This document shows positions 1 through 10,700 of a stretch of 64,000 nucleotides of DNA, one piece after another (positions within the stretch are counted from its first letter, which is position 1; each line of letters starts with the position of its first letter). A model generated the notes under the pieces. That model ran no database searches. It was not told the origin of the DNA and saw only the letters and a list, made by a program, of their open reading frames with translations. This DNA is from a virus (Duplodnaviria; Heunggongvirae; Uroviricota; Caudoviricetes), in IMG/VR virus record IMGVR_UViG_3300010356_003454, positions 8,820 through 72,819 of that record. The stretch is one strand, 5' to 3'. Position numbers and translations under genes: made by a program.

Positions 1-2
1 AA

Positions 3-716
3 GAAAAAGTAGAATTTGTCAAAATGGTTCTTAATGCAGGATATACTCCTCTTTTTGAATATGTTTCAGGACCTAATCGTATCGTACTTAAGTATTCTGA
101 AGAGGATTTAAGATTTCTTGGTCTCAGGGATAATTTCACCGGAGAATGGATGCCTTCTAGCGAAATGCTATCAGTTCCCTTTAATATTCCTTCATCCGAA
201 AATAGTAACTGCTCTCTTGACGAGCTTATCGAAAAGGCTAAGACCGAAGATAATAAAGAAGGATGGGTGGTTATGTTTGAGGATGGGCAGATGGTTAAGA
301 TCAAAACTGCTTGGTATTTCAATCTTCATGGATTGCGAACTATGAACGTTTTCAGGGAGGATTTCATCATCGAGAGCTATTTGAAGGAGACTCTCGACGA
401 TATAATGTCTCAGCTTAATCCTGAAGAGGATAAAGATGCATTCTCTTTTATGAATACGGTGATGGGCGCTATCAATTCCTATATCAAGCATATTGATGAG
501 TGCACTTATAAGCTGAAGGAAAAATTCGAAAAGGAATATAATTCAGAATGGCATTATTTTGCTAAATTCTGTAATAAAGAGCCCTATTTTGGACTTGCTA
601 GATCACTTATCGAAACGCCTGATGAGTATCACCGTAGAAGGACTGAGATGATTCTCAAAAAGTCATTTAGACTTAAAGGAGCAAAAGACCTTATTGACCG
701 TTGGAAAGAAAAATAG
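3..716 (+). CDS. T4 Rnl1-like RNA ligase, 5'-truncated by window edge
   Basis: Frame is open from base 3. FEYVSGPNRIVLKY, LGLRDNFTGE and KEGWVVMFEDGQMVKIKT match Rnl1 nucleotidyltransferase motifs III-V; motif I would lie upstream of the window. Confidence 0.85.
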   Translation, partial: EKVEFVKMVLNAGYTPLFEYVSGPNRIVLKYSEEDLRFLGLRDNFTGEWMPSSEMLSVPFNIPSSENSNCSLDELIEKAKTEDNKEGWVVMFEDGQMVKIKTAWYFNLHGLRTMNVFREDFIIESYLKETLDDIMSQLNPEEDKDAFSFMNTVMGAINSYIKHIDECTYKLKEKFEKEYNSEWHYFAKFCNKEPYFGLARSLIETPDEYHRRRTEMILKKSFRLKGAKDLIDRWKEK

Positions 717-717
717 C

Positions 718-1191
718 ATGAATAATAAAATATTTGTATTAGCAAAACCCCAGTTTAATGAAATTATGGCTAATAATGGAATTGATGATTCCAATGTTGA
801 GCAGAAGGGAAAGAATATAGCCCTAATTTCTATAAATGATACTATGGGAGCGTGGAGCGTTTCTTGGTTTAATGGAGATCATGAAAATGTCTTGTGCCTA
901 TGGTTTGATGATGTAGAAACGGATCTTCAAGTATCTCCGACCAATCAGAATACTTGTCGTGCTTTTACAGAGGATCAGGCTAAGCAGATTATAAAATTTG
1001 TTGATGCTAATTCTGACCGGGATTTTCTTGTTCATTGTTCAGCAGGTATCTCCCGAAGTGGTGCAGTTGGAACTTTTATTCTAGACTATCTTCAGGGCGA
1101 TAAGGATCATTTTAAGCAGTACAATTCACATATCAGTCCAAACGGGCATATAAGCAGAACTCTAAATAAAATAATATGGGAACGACAGTAA
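718..1191 (+). CDS. Cysteine-based (dual-specificity/PTP-like) phosphatase
   Basis: VHCSAGISRSG is the HCx5R signature; upstream LWFDD acid loop. ATG at 718 lies 1 nt after the ligase stop and is preferred over the track start at 694. Confidence 0.85.
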   Translation: MNNKIFVLAKPQFNEIMANNGIDDSNVEQKGKNIALISINDTMGAWSVSWFNGDHENVLCLWFDDVETDLQVSPTNQNTCRAFTEDQAKQIIKFVDANSDRDFLVHCSAGISRSGAVGTFILDYLQGDKDHFKQYNSHISPNGHISRTLNKIIWERQ

Positions 1192-1382
1192 TATCCAGCA
1201 GAATTTTTCCAGATCCAGTAATGATGATGACCATTACATTAAGAGAAGTAGAATTTCTTTGTCAAAAGGCCGGAGAGAATGCAGAGATTATTAAATCTGC
1301 TATTCTTTCTGCTGAAACAATTCCAGATATTCAGGAGATTATTGAAAAAAAATTCCCTGGTGAGATAATAATTGATGCATAA
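1176..1382 (+). CDS. Hypothetical protein
   Basis: 68-aa ORF filling the gap in the operon; start uncertain. Confidence 0.5.
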   Translation: MGTTVISSRIFPDPVMMMTITLREVEFLCQKAGENAEIIKSAILSAETIPDIQEIIEKKFPGEIIIDA

Positions 1383-1458
1383 TTTTTTTATTTAGATTTT
1401 TTTCATTATATTAGTAGTATGAAAAACCTTTCCTTCTTTAGATATATAAAGGAAACGT

Positions 1459-2304
1459 ATGAGCACATATTCGAAAAAAAAGTTTAAAACCAAAGTTAGG
1501 ATCGAAATTCCTAAACCCTATATTTGTAAGATCTGTGAAAAAGAGCTGAAAAGTATTCCTGGATTGGCTTCACATCTCAAAAATCAGCATGACAGATATC
1601 CATATGGGGATTATCTTTTGAAGTATTATAATATAGATGTTGATGTAATTAATAAAGAGTGGGAAAATGGAAGAGAGGATAGAAAACAAGATCAGCTTAA
1701 GGGATTACGGGAAAGGGCAAAATATTTAAAAGGAAAACCACTAAGAGAAAGAATGACTCCTGAAGAATATAATGGATTCAGAGAAAAGATGAAGGGCGTT
1801 TTTACTTTAAAATGGTTTATCGAAAGATATGGTGAGGAGGAAGGCAAGAAAAAATATGAGGAAAGGAGCATCTCCTTATCCAAAAATACTTACTGGCATA
1901 AGTATAATAGAAAAAATAATCAAAATTGGTCTAATATCTCTCAGGAATTATTCTGGGATCTTTATGCTATAATAAAGGATGATTATAAAAAAATATATTT
2001 TGGAGAATTAAATCACGAATTTAGTTGTGGAGTTCCTTACCATAATTTTGATTTTGTTGTAAATGACATTAATAAAGTAATAGAATTCAACGGGGATAAA
2101 TTTCATGCAAATCCAAAAAAATATTTACAGGATGACCATCCAATTCCATTTTTAAAAGAATCTTCAAAAGAAATTTGGGATAAGGACAGAAGGAAACTTA
2201 AAAAACTTAAAGATAAAGGATATGATGTTTTAATTATATGGGAATCTGAATACTTGTCTAACAGGAAGGATGTAATTATAAAATGCTTAAATTTTTTAAA
2301 ATGA
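1459..2304 (+). CDS. Putative homing endonuclease, Vsr/DUF559-like nuclease with N-terminal C2H2 zinc finger
   Basis: CKIC..LASHLKNQH finger; FDFVV..KVIEFNGDKFH..KGYDVLIIWESEY C-terminal nuclease pattern; Lys-rich. Confidence 0.75.
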   Translation: MSTYSKKKFKTKVRIEIPKPYICKICEKELKSIPGLASHLKNQHDRYPYGDYLLKYYNIDVDVINKEWENGREDRKQDQLKGLRERAKYLKGKPLRERMTPEEYNGFREKMKGVFTLKWFIERYGEEEGKKKYEERSISLSKNTYWHKYNRKNNQNWSNISQELFWDLYAIIKDDYKKIYFGELNHEFSCGVPYHNFDFVVNDINKVIEFNGDKFHANPKKYLQDDHPIPFLKESSKEIWDKDRRKLKKLKDKGYDVLIIWESEYLSNRKDVIIKCLNFLK

Positions 2305-2831
2305 AAAAAGATATTCCTACCTTTGAAAAAATGTATCAATTAGCTCCAAAAGAAATTCAAATTCTTTTGGATAAATGCAGAACAACCCCCCAATCCCCAA
2401 AATGGCATCCTGAAGCGCCCAACGATAATGTTCCTCATAATGTGCTTAAACATACCAAGATAGTCTATGAAAGAGCTAGAAAGAGCGGAGATATAAATCT
2501 TGCTGTTGCAGCTCTATTTCATGATCTTGGAAAGGTAGACGCTACCAAGAAAAATAAGCATGGTTCATGGAGTTCATATGGACATGAATTTATATCTGCG
2601 AGACTTGTCGATGCTCATAAAAAGTGGATTGGCTCTCTCGGAGCAAAATTCATGAGGGTCCATGAAATTGTGGAAAATCATATGAAGATAAAACTTATGT
2701 CTGATATGCGCCCCTCAAAACAGGAAGCTGTTAAAGCACTTAAGTCTTATCACGATCTCTTAATCTTTTCGGAATGTGATAACATGAAAACGCTAACCGA
2801 AGATGAAATGAATGGGATCTTTGCTGAATAA
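2301..2831 (+). CDS. HD-domain phosphohydrolase (similar to HD domain of CCA-adding enzymes)
   Basis: PQSPKWHPE..HT..ALFHDLGK..GHE..H; ATGA overlap with the upstream stop at 2301. Confidence 0.8.
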   Translation: MKKDIPTFEKMYQLAPKEIQILLDKCRTTPQSPKWHPEAPNDNVPHNVLKHTKIVYERARKSGDINLAVAALFHDLGKVDATKKNKHGSWSSYGHEFISARLVDAHKKWIGSLGAKFMRVHEIVENHMKIKLMSDMRPSKQEAVKALKSYHDLLIFSECDNMKTLTEDEMNGIFAE

Positions 2832-2975
2832 GGGATAACAGTAGGCAAAGAGGTCATAGGGGAATCATCAGTATCCCTGTGGGTTTAAATGGTACCCAAG
2901 ACAAAGGTCCCGAAAAAATCCTTTTCTTTCTATGTCGGCACGGTATGTTTTCTGTTAGGATTTCCCCCGCAGTTT
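2831..2975 (+). ncRNA. Candidate structured RNA
   Basis: GC-richer intergenic stretch with several complementary pairs (2831-37/2872-78, 2877-83/2966-72, 2916-22/2957-63), directly followed by a terminator. Confidence 0.25.
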
Positions 2976-3003
2976 AAGGCTCTGAAACTTCAGAGCCTTT
3001 TTT
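2976..3003 (+). terminator. Intrinsic terminator
   Basis: AAGGCTCTGA-aact-TCAGAGCCTT followed by a T run. Confidence 0.85.
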
Positions 3004-3053
3004 GTTTACCCTTTTTTATTATGGGAATAAATAGAATAAAAGACTAGAACTGA

Positions 3054-3548
3054 ATGCAGTTTTCTAATTTTTCCAAAAGGATAGAGGGTAATACAACTTA
3101 TTTTGTAACTAGTTCACCCCTTCTAAATATCAAAGATATAAAGTATTATAAAGATAATGCTACAGGAGGGTTTGCAAAGAAAGAATTCCGCTGGTCTTTT
3201 AATGGAGATTACTGGTCAGCATGGACTGATCTAAGTCAAGGGAGCATCTCATCTTTTAAAATAGGAAACAATACAAGACTATTTCTTGAGATAAGATATA
3301 TCTCATCTGGAACTGGAAAGGTATCCTCTTTTATCGTATATTATGAAGGGGCTGCTCAAAATGTTGCTCCCCCTGCTCCAACCCCATCATCAACGATAGT
3401 AACAAAACCTGCGCCTGTTCAGAAGCCGGGAGAATATAGTGCTTTTGCTAGAAATAAGCAGGGAAATATAATAATATTTTCTACGCCAAATCCTTTGGTA
3501 AATGTAGCAGATTTAAAATATTACAAGGACAATGCTACAGGGGGATAA
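3054..3548 (+). CDS. Putative virion protein with truncated second repeat
   Basis: About 100-aa domain similar to the N-terminus of 3602..5542 (KEFRWS/KEFRYS..W..W..L.QG); YYKDNATGG occurs twice and the second copy is cut by the stop. Confidence 0.65.
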   Translation: MQFSNFSKRIEGNTTYFVTSSPLLNIKDIKYYKDNATGGFAKKEFRWSFNGDYWSAWTDLSQGSISSFKIGNNTRLFLEIRYISSGTGKVSSFIVYYEGAAQNVAPPAPTPSSTIVTKPAPVQKPGEYSAFARNKQGNIIIFSTPNPLVNVADLKYYKDNATGG

Positions 3549-3601
3549 GCGAATCTCTCTCATAATTTCTTGGATAAATAATTAAAATAAGATTCCTTAA
3601 C

Positions 3602-5542
3602 ATGCAGTTTCAACTCACGAGGTATGAATATGTAAAAAGCATCGAATTTAAGACAACTACTCCTATTCTCAATGTAGATAGGATTCGTTATTTTAAGGAA
3701 TTTGAATTAACAGGAAACTTCATCTCCAAAGAATTCAGATATTCCTGGGATGACAACATTTGGACAAATTGGAATACTCTCACTCAAGGAAATCTTGCTG
3801 GTATAGAATTTAGAGATAGACCTAATTTCTATATTCATGTAAGATATAATAGAACTGGAGTTGGCACAGCTAATATTCAGAGATTCTATCTCTATTATGA
3901 TTCAACAATACCTACTCCTCCAGCCCCACCAGATGCCTCTATAGATGCATTTACGCTTCAGGGAGAACTTCCTGCATATTATCTTGATAGGACTAATCAT
4001 TTAGGTCCTTATACTGATATTGTTATTCAGAATTTAGATAATGGTGGAACTATAGGAGTTTATGATAGCAGAGTTGATACCTCAGTTGGAACCACATTCT
4101 ATTTTAAGAGAATAGGTGGAAGAGGTGGTATAAACGTCTATGAAGAGCCATTCGGAAAAATCGTTGTTGATGGTTCAGCAATATCTTCCAATATTTCAGC
4201 TCTCGATTCATCTGTTTCGAATCTCTATTCTGTCATTGAGCTTTTAGATTCTTCTATTTCATATCTTATAGGATGGAACTCATCTATTGACGCCTCAATT
4301 ATTCGAATTGATTCATCAATTGCGGATTTATACTCAAGAGATGTCTCAATAGGAGTAGTTAATGTTGGCGGAGGTGTTGCAGGATCTTTTGCAGGTTTTG
4401 ATGCTTCTAATAATATAAGATTAAGAACTTTTGCTTCTGGAAGTCCTCAAGCAGTTGTTACTGAAGTTGGGGATCAGATTATAATTACTCTTGATGCCTC
4501 ATATAGCGGGGAAGCTAATTATGGTATAAATTTAGGAGGCGGTGATGCTAGCATCTATGCTGGAAAAACCGGTGATGGATTAGAATTTAGAGAGATTAAG
4601 GGAATAGGATCAGTTATTGTTTCAACTTCAGATAATCTTATTCTAATTGATTCATCAGGGGGAGGATCAGGAACTTATGATACATCTCTGGATCCTAGTT
4701 TAGCTATGCCTACATCAGTCGGGGGGATTCCGGCTGGAACAAAAGTTTCTGATCTTTCAGGAGATACATTTATCCAGTTATTTGATAACCTCTTATTTCC
4801 AACGGTTAATCCGACATTTGTTGCTCCAAATAATGCATTTGCTGATAACCAGGGGCCTTATGAAGAAATAGGGGATAGCATTAATATTACTTTTACAGCA
4901 AGTTTCAGTAGAGGACAAATATTATTAAGCGGAAGTTTTCAAGATTATAGATCTGGATTACCCAATACTTATAATTATACCGGGTCTGGATTACCAGCAA
5001 CCGTATCTTCCGTTAATCTTTCAGATATTAGATCAGTTACGGGTTATATAGTTCTTCCGGGAATTCAAAGTTGGACAAATACAGTTTCTTATGATGCTGG
5101 AGTTCAGCCATACGATAGTAAAGGAAATCCTTATAATTCTCCATTAGCGGCAGGAACTACAACAGCAAAATCAGTTTCATTAGAAGGGGTTTATCCTTTA
5201 TTTGGAACGACGGTGAATATAAGTACGCTCACAAAGCAAACTTTGGTCTCAATGATTTCTGGGAATAATATTCAATTTAATATGGTTCCTGAATCTCTTG
5301 GGGAAAAGCAAAAATTTGAAATTCCAGATATGTGGTTAATATCAAGACCATTACTAGGGATCCAAACCTATAATGCTTTTACAATGAATTGGGAATATGA
5401 GGGAGGCAATGCTGCTCAATCTTTATTAAGATGGACTACTTCTTCTGTTCAGGAAACAATACAAGGAAATTCTATAAATTATGCAAGATATACTTACAAT
5501 AGCACAGATAGAAGTTCAATACAGATAAGATTAATTTTTTAA
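3602..5542 (+). CDS. Putative virion structural protein (tail fibre/baseplate associated)
   Basis: 646 aa, S/G/T-rich; C-terminal ~290 aa paralogous to 5564..6955 (DPSLAMP..VGGIPAGTKV...QIRLIF/QIRLVF); late-promoter motif upstream. Confidence 0.7.
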   Translation: MQFQLTRYEYVKSIEFKTTTPILNVDRIRYFKEFELTGNFISKEFRYSWDDNIWTNWNTLTQGNLAGIEFRDRPNFYIHVRYNRTGVGTANIQRFYLYYDSTIPTPPAPPDASIDAFTLQGELPAYYLDRTNHLGPYTDIVIQNLDNGGTIGVYDSRVDTSVGTTFYFKRIGGRGGINVYEEPFGKIVVDGSAISSNISALDSSVSNLYSVIELLDSSISYLIGWNSSIDASIIRIDSSIADLYSRDVSIGVVNVGGGVAGSFAGFDASNNIRLRTFASGSPQAVVTEVGDQIIITLDASYSGEANYGINLGGGDASIYAGKTGDGLEFREIKGIGSVIVSTSDNLILIDSSGGGSGTYDTSLDPSLAMPTSVGGIPAGTKVSDLSGDTFIQLFDNLLFPTVNPTFVAPNNAFADNQGPYEEIGDSINITFTASFSRGQILLSGSFQDYRSGLPNTYNYTGSGLPATVSSVNLSDIRSVTGYIVLPGIQSWTNTVSYDAGVQPYDSKGNPYNSPLAAGTTTAKSVSLEGVYPLFGTTVNISTLTKQTLVSMISGNNIQFNMVPESLGEKQKFEIPDMWLISRPLLGIQTYNAFTMNWEYEGGNAAQSLLRWTTSSVQETIQGNSINYARYTYNSTDRSSIQIRLIF

Positions 5543-5563
5543 TGAAAATAATTTGATATAATA

Positions 5564-6955
5564 ATGTCACGTAATAAAGGAACATTTAATTTTTCTGCAA
5601 ACTTTGAGCCTCTACTTAAAGCACCCCTTGATGCTCGTCAAGTAGTTGGAACCTTTGCAGATCTTACCGATCCCTCAACTTGGAAAGATGCCGATGAGCT
5701 TGTATGGTTATACAATGGTCTTATCGTTGGCGTAGGTAATGATGCAGATCCTTCATTAAATGGAGCTTATTTTCTAAAGGATGCTGATAACTATACAAAT
5801 GCTCTTAGCTGGTCAAAATTAGGCGGGGGAACAGTTATAGATGTAAGTGCTTTAATGGCTTATATTGATGGTTCCATTGCAAGATTAGATGCTTCAATAA
5901 ATCAACTTTGGACATACGTTGATGGATCTATTACTCAATTATGGGATTATTTAGATTCTGCACAATTTGTTAAAGAATCTTCTTTAGGACCAAGTTTTTA
6001 TTGGGATGCATCCGGATTATTAGATGTCAGTATTTCTGGAGGATCATTTACAGGAGATGTAAGTACAAGTCATGTATTTTATGATCCTGCATTAGATCCA
6101 AGTTTAGCAATGCCTGCTGCTGTTGGAGGTATTCCTGCAGGGACAAAAGTTTATGATTTACAAGGAGATTCTTTAAGATCTATTCTTAATGATTTATTAT
6201 TCCCGACTGTAAATCCAACTTATGTTGCTCCATCCGGATCTTTTACAGATAATGTTGCTAATCTACAAGAAATTGGGGCAATGATAAATCCTCAATTTAC
6301 GGCTTCATTTAACAGAGGACAAATTTTAGTTAGCGGAATTTTCCAAGATTATCGTTCGGGATTACCAAATCAATATGTTTTTACAGATGCTTCCGCAAAT
6401 ACTTTATTGATCGATGCTTCCTCAACCTCATTATCTAATGTACAAACGGTTAATAACTATTTAGTTAAGATAGGAACTCAATCATTTACAAGTACGATTT
6501 CTTATGATGCCGGGCCGCAGCCTTATGATAATAAAGGAAATCCTTATGGAACTCCTCTATCTGCCGGAAGTGTTGGAGCTTATAGCACATCATTTGAAGG
6601 GGTTTACCCAATATTTGCAACGACATCGAGTATTTCAGTATTAACCCAGCAACCATTAGTTTCTATGATTACAGGAAATAATGTGACAATGACCATGGTT
6701 GCAGAAAGTGGAGGAAATAAACAAAAATTTGAAATACCGACTGCTTGGACCGGGGCAAGACCTTTAGTAGCAGTCCAACAGTTTAATACAGTATCCAGTA
6801 CATGGGAATACCCAGGGGGATCTGCTGCATCATCGGTAGCCCTATGGACGACTTCATCTGTGACCGAATCAGTTCAGGGGAATACAATAAATTATACACA
6901 ATATACATACAACGGAACCGATCGAAGTAGCGTTCAAATTCGATTAGTATTCTAA
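5564..6955 (+). CDS. Putative virion structural protein
   Basis: N-terminus MSRNKGTFNF.ANFE.L.KAPLDAR shared with 6969..7691; C-terminus shared with 3602..5542. Confidence 0.7.
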   Translation: MSRNKGTFNFSANFEPLLKAPLDARQVVGTFADLTDPSTWKDADELVWLYNGLIVGVGNDADPSLNGAYFLKDADNYTNALSWSKLGGGTVIDVSALMAYIDGSIARLDASINQLWTYVDGSITQLWDYLDSAQFVKESSLGPSFYWDASGLLDVSISGGSFTGDVSTSHVFYDPALDPSLAMPAAVGGIPAGTKVYDLQGDSLRSILNDLLFPTVNPTYVAPSGSFTDNVANLQEIGAMINPQFTASFNRGQILVSGIFQDYRSGLPNQYVFTDASANTLLIDASSTSLSNVQTVNNYLVKIGTQSFTSTISYDAGPQPYDNKGNPYGTPLSAGSVGAYSTSFEGVYPIFATTSSISVLTQQPLVSMITGNNVTMTMVAESGGNKQKFEIPTAWTGARPLVAVQQFNTVSSTWEYPGGSAASSVALWTTSSVTESVQGNTINYTQYTYNGTDRSSVQIRLVF

Positions 6956-6968
6956 AATAAAAAAATGA

Positions 6969-7691
6969 ATGTCAAGGAATAAGGGAACATTTAATTTTGC
7001 AGCAAATTTCGAGGTACTTACCAAAGCCCCTCTAGATGCAAGATTAGTTGTCGATACAAAGGCAAATCTTATAAGTCCTGCTATTTGGCAGGATGCTAAT
7101 AGCAATGTGTGGCTATATAAGGGAATTGTTGTATCTGTTGTTTCTGATCCTTCGGCTGAAAATAATGGTCTTTACTTCCTAACAGATGAGACTCAATATA
7201 CTGATTATAATTATTGGGTCAAATTAGGTTCTACTCTTCCATCCGATCCAAGCGGAACTTCGTGGGCAACATTCCAACTCAACAATGGAAATAATGGAGT
7301 AATTCTAAAAGATGTCAGCGGAAATTTAGAAATATTAACTTTTGACGGAATTACTTATGCTAATCTAAAAGCAGGCCATCTTGATATTAATTCTATCAAA
7401 ATTGACAGCTTAACAGGATCGCTTTATGCTCAGGATGGAAGTGTCTATGTTGTTCCAGGTACTTATAATTTATTAGCATATAGGGGATTTATATCAGGCA
7501 ATGGTAATTCTACAATATTTCCAATTGTTCATGATTTAAGTACTTTAGATCAAAATATTTCAGTATGGGAAAAATCCACAAATGAAGAAATATATCTCGA
7601 TATTATTAGAGGATCAAGTACAAACACATTTATTTTCTCAACTCCTCCAGGAGCTGGGGTTGAATATGATGTGACAATAATGGGATTTTAA
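6969..7691 (+). CDS. Putative virion structural protein
   Basis: Shared N-terminal domain with the previous gene; C-terminal beta domain (..H.L......V..V....YDVTIMG) resembles the end of 7757..12979. Confidence 0.7.
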   Translation: MSRNKGTFNFAANFEVLTKAPLDARLVVDTKANLISPAIWQDANSNVWLYKGIVVSVVSDPSAENNGLYFLTDETQYTDYNYWVKLGSTLPSDPSGTSWATFQLNNGNNGVILKDVSGNLEILTFDGITYANLKAGHLDINSIKIDSLTGSLYAQDGSVYVVPGTYNLLAYRGFISGNGNSTIFPIVHDLSTLDQNISVWEKSTNEEIYLDIIRGSSTNTFIFSTPPGAGVEYDVTIMGF

Positions 7692-7756
7692 CGAAATACC
7701 CGGATTTTCTGGGGGATAAAAAAAAGATAAATAAAATAAAATAATTTTAGAAATTT

Positions 7757-10700
7757 ATGGCAAAGTACGTGCACCCAAACATGATTATTGATTCAAGTGC
7801 TGCATTTTTGAAGAATGTTACATTTGATTCATCAGTCTATTTTCAGGGGGTCACTCACATAAATGCTCCTGCGGCGGTATCTTCACAAACACCATTTGCT
7901 TTAGTATTGGAGAGTGGTTCTGGAACGGACTTACAGGTTAAGTCAGTTCAGCTGGGTACAATGGCAAAAGAGAATGCTACATCGTGGGACGCCTCTCTAT
8001 CTGCTATTCGAACAGATATAGGCAATCTCGAAACTTCAGTAGGAGCTCTTGACACATTGACTCAATCTCACACGACTCAATTAGGCATTCATAATGCTTC
8101 GATTGGAGTTTTAACAAGTTTAACAGCGGTTCATGATTCCTCTCTTGGATTCTTAAACGCTTATCGTTTAATTCAGGATGCTTCGATAGCAGCAAACTGG
8201 CAAAGATGGATTGATTCCAATAGATCTGGTTTTGTTGATAGAAGTCAAACAACTCTTTCATTTACTGATACAACCGGAACTGTAACACTCAATGATGTTG
8301 GCTCTGGATGGTCATACTATAGAGATGGTATAAAATATACTATTTCTGGAAATAAATCAGTAGCTCTTCCAGACGGTGGCTCAGCAGTTGCAGGAGTTTA
8401 TTACATTACAATAGAAGGAACTGATGGTGCTCTTACAGTGGATACTACTGTTTGGGACCTTAATGATCCTAACGTACTTCCCGTTTCTATAATTATTTGG
8501 AATGCATCTAATTCTCCAAAATACTGGATGGCTGATGAAAGGCATACAATGCTTATCGACCGAAAGATGCACCAATATTTACACACTACACAAGGAACAA
8601 AATTAGTAGCAGGGGGAACTCTTGATGGCCCCGATGTTTCAGTTAATACTAATGCTGCTAATGCAATCGGTTGGGAAACTACAACCATAGCCGATGAGGA
8701 CATTTTCCTTAACATAGCTGCTTTAGCAAGACCTAATGGAACAAGCAACAATTATGTTGTATTTTACAGAACGGATGCTAATACTTGGACTTGGAAACAA
8801 GAAAATACTCCTTTATCGGAAAATGGTAGTTTTATCGAATGGGATAATGCAGGGACTCTTACAACTGGTCAGACCGGAAAATACTATACCTCTTATGTAG
8901 GGTTTACAGACTTAAATGATGCTGCAAGAGTTATTATTATTCCTGGTAGAGGAGAATACGATACATTAGATGCTGCAAGAGACGAAGATGTTACTACATT
9001 TGATTTTACAACTCTTCCTGCAAGAGAATTTGTCCTTGCATGGAAACTTGTATGGAGAGCCGATACAGCTTATACAACATATGGTAAAGCTGTTGCTGCA
9101 GCAGAACCGATTAGAGTTCAAGTTAACGTTACCACATCTTCGGGGGCAACTACAGAATCTCACAACGATCTTCTTGGATTACAGGGAGGTACTTCCACAG
9201 AGAGATACCACTTAAGTGCAGCCCAATACAATGATTATATTGGGGAGTCGGAAGTATTAACTCTTATAAATGATGTATCGACAAGATTAGATACAAGGCT
9301 AGATAATCACGATACTTCTATTGCTACACTTAATACTTTAATTCAAAATCTAGAATCTTCAGTTGGCGATCTCGATACGTTAACTCAGGGACATACAACT
9401 GATATTAATAATCTTGAATCTTCAGTTGGCGGTCTAGATACATTAACTAGAACTCATACTTCTCAAATTGCTCAGTTAGATGCTTCAGTCGTAAGAATTG
9501 ATGCTTACCAGGCAATTCAGGATGCTTCAATTGCTTTAGCAGTTTCTGGAACAACGAGTGCATGGAACGGTTTAACAAGAACAGATAACTCTATAGGATT
9601 AGGCGGAACTCTATCTCAGGATACGGTCATTAACACTTCTGCTTTCCAACTTGGAGTTTTAGGTTCAATGCAGATCTCTGGGGACTTAACTGTTGACGGA
9701 TCTATAACTTATATCAATACAACAGAATTAGACGTTTCTGATAATATTATCCAAATCAATACTGGATTAACCGGAACTCCTCCTGTTAATATGGTATCTG
9801 GTATGAAAGTTAACAGAGGAAGCGAAGATCCATATTTCTTCATTTTCTCCGAAGCTGATGATACCTTCAGAATTGGTATAAATGCTTCAGAAGGTGGTTT
9901 ACCTGGCGGAACTCAAGCGGTAGCAACAAGGGAGGATTCTCCAATAGGAACTGCAGTTCCTTTCTGGAATTCCACAGCAAATAGATTTGATACTAATGCT
10001 GGTCTTACATTTGCAGCAGCAACTGGATTAGATGTTGATAATAGAGTAACTGCTAATCTCTTAACTCTCCAGAATATTCCTAATTTAGCATCAGAAGCTA
10101 CAGCTCTTGTTATAGCTACAGATGGTTCGGTAGGATATAGAGAATTAGGAACTAACGCATTCTCTTCAGCAGCTTTTGCTTTAGATTCTTCTTTAGCAGA
10201 AGTTAGAACCCTTGTTAATATCCACGATGCTTCTATTGGTAACATCTATGTTGAATTAGGATATGCAGATGCTTCAACAACTGCTCTTAACACTCTAATT
10301 CAGACTAATATTACCGATATAGCTAACTTAGAAACCTCTGTTGGTGCACTTGACGTCTTAACTCAGGATCATACAGCAGATATAGCTCAGCTTGATGCTT
10401 CTATTGTTAGAATTGATGCTTATCAAGCAATCCAAGACGCTTCAATTGCAGCTGTAGGTGGAGCATGGAAACCTTACGTTGATGGTTCATTAGCGACAAG
10501 GGATTCCTCAATCATAGCTTTATTTGCTAAAAATGCTGCACAGGATGCTTCTATAGTCAGAATTGATGCTTCATTAAATGATACAATCGAATTATTCGAC
10601 GTCATTGATGCTTCATTCCAGGCATTATGGGATTATAATGCAATTCAGGACGCTTCTATAGCAGCTCTTGAGGCAGCAACTCCTAATGTTGCTAACGGTC

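Noticed and set aside
1419-1487. 22-aa ORF MKNLSFFRYIKE..., resembling a capsid-targeting leader
   Set aside because: Too short to support, overlaps the promoter/hairpin of the endonuclease, and may be chance.
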